64,000 nt of DNA from an uncultured Spirochaetota bacterium (GTDB lineage: Bacteria > Spirochaetota > Spirochaetia > SZUA-6 > Fen-1364), in NCBI GenBank assembly GCA_963781885.1, contig CAWAHW010000003.1:128001-192000 (forward strand), in the 5' to 3' direction. A program made the translations under genes and the position numbers. Of the stretch, positions 59,687 to 64,000 are shown one piece after another (within the stretch, counting starts at the first letter, position 1; each line of letters begins with the position of its first letter). The notes under the pieces were generated by a model, which was not told the origin of the DNA, ran no database searches, and saw only the letters and a list, made by a program, of their open reading frames with translations.

Positions 59687-59738
59687 TTGACAGGAGCGTA
59701 TCGCCGATCCATACTCCCGCAATGTGTGCGCACACATT
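59687..59738 (+). promoter_or_regulatory. Promoter plus perfect LacI-type operator
   Basis: TTGACA-17 bp-CATACT, then palindrome AATGTGTGCGCACACATT (59721-59738). Confidence 0.75.
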
Positions 59739-59853
59739 TTTATGTGTCGGAGGTTGGCGACAAGTTGTTTGCACGCTGTAGCGGGGTTATTCAGGGTTAG
59801 ATTCTTGGATGAGGCAAACCACCTCTTTGGGTTAGATTTCCGGTGAGGCAACG

Positions 59854-59906
59854 CGATGTCTTGACATCGTGCTTGTTGTCCGTCATTATGAACAAAAGAC
59901 CATAAT
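59854..59906 (+). promoter_or_regulatory. Promoter/operator region of the NifX-CDR-DUF134 module
   Basis: TTGACA (59861) inside palindrome CGATGTC-TT-GACATCG; ATTATG-N10-CATAAT (59885-59906). Confidence 0.5.
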
Positions 59907-60078
59907 CAGCCGCATGGACAAATTCAGCCCGAAACACGCCTCGGGGCTGGACCAAAAGGAACATGGACGGCGGAGCTCACAGTGGGGAGCCTTCTACGGT
60001 CATTCGGTAATCGCGGCGGGATTATGGGCTCGTCGTAAAGAAGGACGAGGTTTCGATCAAGGAAGAAGGAGATAGGCG

Positions 60079-60465
60079 ATGAAGGTAGCTGTTCCAGCAC
60101 AGGGTGGGCTCGTAGACGAGCATTTCGGCCATTGCAAAGAGTTCCTCGTGTTTGCGGTATCCGCGGATGGGTCGCTTCAAAGCGAAGCGACGATTCCCTC
60201 GGCGGAAGGTTGCGGCTGCAAATCGGATATAGCCTCGGTCCTTGCGCGTGCGGGGGTCACTCATCTCGTGGCCGGCAACATGGGCGAGGGTGCGGTCCAA
60301 GTACTCAGCTCCCAGGGCATTGAGGTGGTCCGCGGCGCATCGGGTGATGCGAGGAAGGCCGCGCTGGCGTTCGCCAACGGAAAGCTGGCCGACTCTGGCG
60401 TCGGTTGCACCGTCCATGCGCATGAGGCAGGCCATGACTGCAATCGACCGAACGGAACGGTCTGA
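60079..60465 (+). CDS. NifB/NifX-family (FeMo-co biosynthesis domain) protein
   Basis: MKVAVP..VDEHFGHC..GCGCKS..GNMGEGA. Confidence 0.85.
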   Translation: MKVAVPAQGGLVDEHFGHCKEFLVFAVSADGSLQSEATIPSAEGCGCKSDIASVLARAGVTHLVAGNMGEGAVQVLSSQGIEVVRGASGDARKAALAFANGKLADSGVGCTVHAHEAGHDCNRPNGTV

Positions 60466-60900
60466 TGGCGAAATACGTCATTATCGGAGGCGTCGCGGGG
60501 GGCGCCACGACTGCCGCCCGCCTGCGCCGTTTGGACGAGACGACGCAGATCATTCTCCTGGAGCGCGGCGAATATATCAGTTACGCCAATTGCGGCCTGC
60601 CGTACTGCGCGGGGGGTAATCAAAGAACGCTCGAAGCTCTTTGTCATGACCCCGGAACGTTTCAGGGCAACCCTTGCCGTTGATGTTCGTACTGGCCATG
60701 ACGCGACAGCGATCGACCCGGCAGGAAAAGCGTAACCATTGTCGAGAAATCGACCGGGCCGTCCAGAAAACATCGGGTGCATCGGCTGTAGCTTCCGGAC
60801 AAACATTTCCCGTGCTGCCCGTGGGAGGCTCGAAAGAAGCGACCCTCATAGTATTCTCAGACGACTTTGACCGAGCATTAGCGAGCTTCGAAATCTCTCA
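60465..60900 (+). pseudogene. Remnant of a multidomain CoA-disulfide reductase (with DsrE2 domain), large internal deletion
   Basis: IIGGVAGGATTAARLRR, SYANCGLPY; frameshifts; then ATLIVFSDDFDRALASF (DsrE2 start) only ~250 bp later. Confidence 0.75.
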
Positions 60901-61090
60901 AGGTGAAGCCTTGTATCGCATCGCAACAGCTCGTCATACTGCGGTCCAGCGATGTTGTCCGAGGCCTTCGTGAGGGAGGCTGCGTCAGATATGAGCTCAT
61001 TGACCCGAGAGTTTTCGGCCTGATCCGTGACCTTGACGCAAGGAAATGTCCAAATGTGAATCGTGTACTCGATGGTACGAAGGAGCGCTG

Positions 61091-61772
61091 ATGGCCAGAC
61101 CGCCGGTGGCACGAATTCTTGGTTCCCGGCTGCCCAAGAGAGGATTCAGGCCTTATGGCGCGACCGTCAGTGCTGCCGATGACGTCGTGTTGACTTTCGA
61201 CGAAGCGGAGGCTTTGCGGCTCGCCGATCTGGAAGGCCTATATCAACAAGCCGCGGCGCAGCGAATGGGAATATCTCGGCCGACATTCGCCAGGATCATT
61301 CGAGTCGGCTCGGCGGAAGACCGCCGACGCTCTGCTCAACGGCAAAAAGCTTCGCATAGCGGGTGGAGTTGTCGCCATTCAGAAGGAGGAGACCGGCCCG
61401 CTCATTGTTGCGATCCCGGTGACCTCCCGTGGTCTGGTCGAGACTCATTTCGGTCGCTGTGAGCGTCTTGCGGTTCTTACGATCGGGACCGACAAAACCA
61501 TTCAGCTTGAGCAGACGGTAGAAGCTTCGATAGGGCCGGGATGCAGGTCGAGCGCGATATCCCTTCTTGCGACGATGCACGTGCAGGCCCTTGTTGCCGG
61601 TTGTATTGGCGATGGCGCCATCCATGTCTGCGCTGCTCACGGCATGGCGGTCGTGCGCGGCGCCTCGGGTGTGGCCCGCGAAGCCGGGTTGGCATATGCG
61701 CGCGGCGAGCTCGAGGACTCGGGAATAGTGTGCGGGAAGACCTGCAAAGCTATGGCGCGCAACTGCCATTAG
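61091..61772 (+). CDS. DUF134 HTH protein fused to a NifB/NifX domain (frameshift ~61300)
   Basis: MARP..LTFDEAEALRLADLEGL.Q..AA.RMGISRPTF; shifted frame ESARRKTADALLNGK..HFGRC. Confidence 0.8.
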
Positions 61773-61790
61773 CGAGGATTCTCCCCGCCC

Positions 61791-62144
61791 CTATCTCGGC
61801 ATACTCGCTAGGCTTCCTCCGTTGATCACGTCGGTGAATCCGGCCCGCCTCAGAATACGCGCCGCCTGGGCGCTCCGCGCTCCCGAGGCGCAGTAAAGCA
61901 CGATGGGCTTGTCTTTCGGCAAGTCGGCCATGCGGGAAGGCAAGGTGTCCAGCGGTATGTTTCTTGCCTTGGGGTACGAAGAGCCCGCGAATTCTCGAGG
62001 CGTGCGCACATCAATGATCTTCGCACCTGACCGTATCTTTTCGCTCACCACCGAAGCCGGAGCCTTTTTTGCCCGAAATCTCTGGATGACGATAAACCCT
62101 ACGACTACGGCTATCGCGATGGAGAGAACCAGTTTGTTATCCAT
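61791..62144 (-). CDS. Membrane-anchored rhodanese-domain protein
   Basis: IIDVRTPREF, LYCASGARS; N-terminal TM. Confidence 0.88.
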   Translation of the reverse strand: MDNKLVLSIAIAVVVGFIVIQRFRAKKAPASVVSEKIRSGAKIIDVRTPREFAGSSYPKARNIPLDTLPSRMADLPKDKPIVLYCASGARSAQAARILRRAGFTDVINGGSLASMPR

Positions 62145-62188
62145 GGTTCTACTTTAAGCGGGATTGAGATTCGTGAAAGTGACTTTTA

Positions 62189-62512
62189 TCACGCATGGAC
62201 TATCGTGATGGAGATGGGCGCAGGCAAAGCGACCCCTCCCGCCACCTGAACAGTCTTGAAGACGCCGCTTGGCACGACGCAGCCGGCACAGCATCCCCTC
62301 AGGTGAGCGCGGGCCGCCTTCAGCACGATGCCGTCAGATCCATCGCCGATCTCTTGGTAGGCGTCGATAGGGGAAGCGAGCGCCTCCCCAAGTCCCCGTA
62401 TCTTCTCGCACTCGCTTCCGATCTCAAGCACCACAATCTGCTGGTCATCGGAACGAGCGGTGATCGTCGTGTGAAAGCCGCATACCCCTGCATTGATTGT
62501 TGTGTGTATCAT
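62189..62512 (-). CDS. Small Cys-containing conserved hypothetical protein (DUF6951-like)
   Basis: INAGVCGFHT..SECEKI..CAGCVVPSG..EVA-like QVAGGVALP. Confidence 0.65.
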   Translation of the reverse strand: MIHTTINAGVCGFHTTITARSDDQQIVVLEIGSECEKIRGLGEALASPIDAYQEIGDGSDGIVLKAARAHLRGCCAGCVVPSGVFKTVQVAGGVALPAPISITIVHA

Positions 62513-62778
62513 GGAGCCCTCATGAACTCTGTCAGAATGGAAAGGGGAGGGAAGACAATTGCTTCCTCCTCGCATTGATGGGAGCAGTTGCTGCAGCCTA
62601 CCACGCATTGGAATGGCTGAAGCACCTTTGGGGTGTTCGCATCGTCATCCCACCCATACACCCCATGACTGCAGAAATCATAGCATTTGCGGCAGCCTAC
62701 GCACTTTGTGACGTCCACCGTCGGATGCCAGGGAATCCGTTCCCGCGGCGTTCCTTTCCATGTGCCGTAGTCTTTCAT
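62509..62778 (-). CDS. 4Fe-4S dicluster ferredoxin
   Basis: CVGCRKCYDFC and CVVGCSNCSHQC. Confidence 0.88.
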   Translation of the reverse strand: MKDYGTWKGTPRERIPWHPTVDVTKCVGCRKCYDFCSHGVYGWDDDANTPKVLQPFQCVVGCSNCSHQCEEEAIVFPPLSILTEFMRAP

Positions 62779-62792
62779 CGTCCGACCTCCTC

Positions 62793-63550
62793 TTATGTGC
62801 GGGATGAAACGGCGCTCTCATGCGCCACACTGACATCACGAACTACGATGAATGATAGAATCACCAGTCCCGCCAATGCGAGGGCGTAGGCGCCGTAGAG
62901 CAGGGGAAAGCCCCCTCTATTGATCAGGCGCACGCCGAGAGCCGTGCCGATTCCGCCCCCGCCCATGAAGGCGAATGCCGCAAGGGACACGGCCATCCCC
63001 CGTGACGCGGCCGCGATGCTCAGAAGCAGCGCCGTGGCGATGATTGACAGTCCCGCATAGGTAGCGAATACTCCGCGCCAGCTGACGAGATAGGCGATAG
63101 TGCCTCCTATGGCCATGCTCAGACCTTGGCCGAGGAACGACACCCCATGAAAGTCCCGATCGCGCCTTGTCTCTCTTCCATGGGGAAAAGGTCCCCGATC
63201 GGCGCAAGAGATATCGGCATGACAGACGCCGCAAAAACTCCCGTCAAGGCCCGGTAGACGGCCAGCCCGGTCAAGCTGCTTCCGAGCGCTGACAGTCCCG
63301 TCCCCACGGTGAAGGCGATCATGGCAATGCTGATCACCTGCCGTTTGCCGAACCGGTCCGCCAGCGGACCGAAAACCAGTTGAAATATCCCGAAGGGAAT
63401 CATGTATGCGGTGATGAGGAGACCGGCCTTGACGGGGTCGACGCCGATTCCAGGGGCGATTGAGGGCAAGATCGGAGAAACAACCCAATTGTCTGCCATG
63501 ACGACGAATCCCGAAAGGCCAAGGATTGCGAGTATCGAGCTCTTCTTCAT
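62793..63550 (-). pseudogene. MFS transporter, frameshifted (~63144) and internally deleted
   Basis: GPLADRFGKR motif A; only ~250 codons in total. Confidence 0.75.
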
Positions 63551-63558
63551 GGACGTGG

Positions 63559-63795
63559 TCACCGGGCCTTGATCAATTCTTTGAGCTGATCGACGGTGGG
63601 GTTTTTCCCCTGAAGCACCACTGTTCCGTCGATCACCAAAGCCGGCGTGGAGATGACACCCCTTTGGACGATCTGCTGGATATCCGTCACCTTCCGTACC
63701 TCGGCCGTCACGGCGAGCTCGGTAAGAGCTTTCTTCACGTTCTGCTCCATGCTCATGCACTTCGAGCAGCCTGATCCCAATACCTCGATCTTCAT
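63559..63795 (-). CDS. Small redox-active disulfide (thioredoxin-like) protein
   Basis: MKIEVLGSGCSKC, GVISTPALVIDG. Confidence 0.88.
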   Translation of the reverse strand: MKIEVLGSGCSKCMSMEQNVKKALTELAVTAEVRKVTDIQQIVQRGVISTPALVIDGTVVLQGKNPTVDQLKELIKAR

Positions 63796-63835
63796 ACTTC
63801 GTGCCTCCTCGTGATTGCGGGCTCAAGTTCGCTTT

Positions 63836-64000
63836 TTATAAAACGATGTTGAATAGATATCCGACGATCAGGATGCCGACCCCGACAACGCCAATGAATG
63901 TAGCGATAAGCGGCATTTTCAGCACCTTTCGAAGAATGATCATTTCAGGCAGTGAAAGGCCGATCACCGACATCATGAAAGCAAGGACGGTTCCAAGCGC
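63836..64000 (-). CDS. ArsP/DUF318-family permease, C-terminal part (cut by window edge)
   Basis: LGTVLAFMMSVIGLSLPEMIILRKVLK...GYLFNIVL*. Confidence 0.82.
   Translation of the reverse strand, partial: ALGTVLAFMMSVIGLSLPEMIILRKVLKMPLIATFIGVVGVGILIVGYLFNIVL

Noticed and set aside
60079-61772. Nitrogen fixation genes
   Set aside because: Stand-alone NifB/NifX domains are common in non-diazotrophs; no nifHDK here
60079-64000. Selenocysteine recoding in the redox module
   Set aside because: No in-frame TGA seen at Cys motif positions in the small redox genes

Overview
GC-rich bacterial DNA, probably Spirochaetia (binding-protein signal peptides of the MKKx..FAxGxxE type, YesMN-type two-component systems). 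It is almost entirely accessory carbohydrate metabolism: three sugar ABC importers, two extra solute-binding proteins, two YesM/YesN pairs, and LacI, DeoR, XylR and MocR regulators. Most notable loci: (1) a XylR-controlled GDP-mannose 3,5-epimerase-like + atypical GHMP kinase + double-domain nucleotidyltransferase cassette next to a monosaccharide importer, a candidate nucleotide-dependent rare-sugar pathway; (2) a LacI regulon with a stand-alone P-loop kinase, sucrose-6F-phosphate phosphorylase and GH4 alpha-galactosidase; (3) a YbiW/PflF-like glycyl radical enzyme and activase with no PTS or FSA aldolase in the window, near a ROK kinase, two GMC oxidoreductases and an RPE-like barrel with altered metal ligands; (4) a signal-peptide-bearing TPR-CHAT protease; (5) an inverted-repeat-bounded 49-bp hairpin repeat element. 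The right end is a decaying redox/sulfur-trafficking module. Several genes carry single-base indels in short base runs, probably sequencing errors. No rRNA, tRNA, CRISPR array or transposase was recognised. All family calls come from motif recognition, not database searches.
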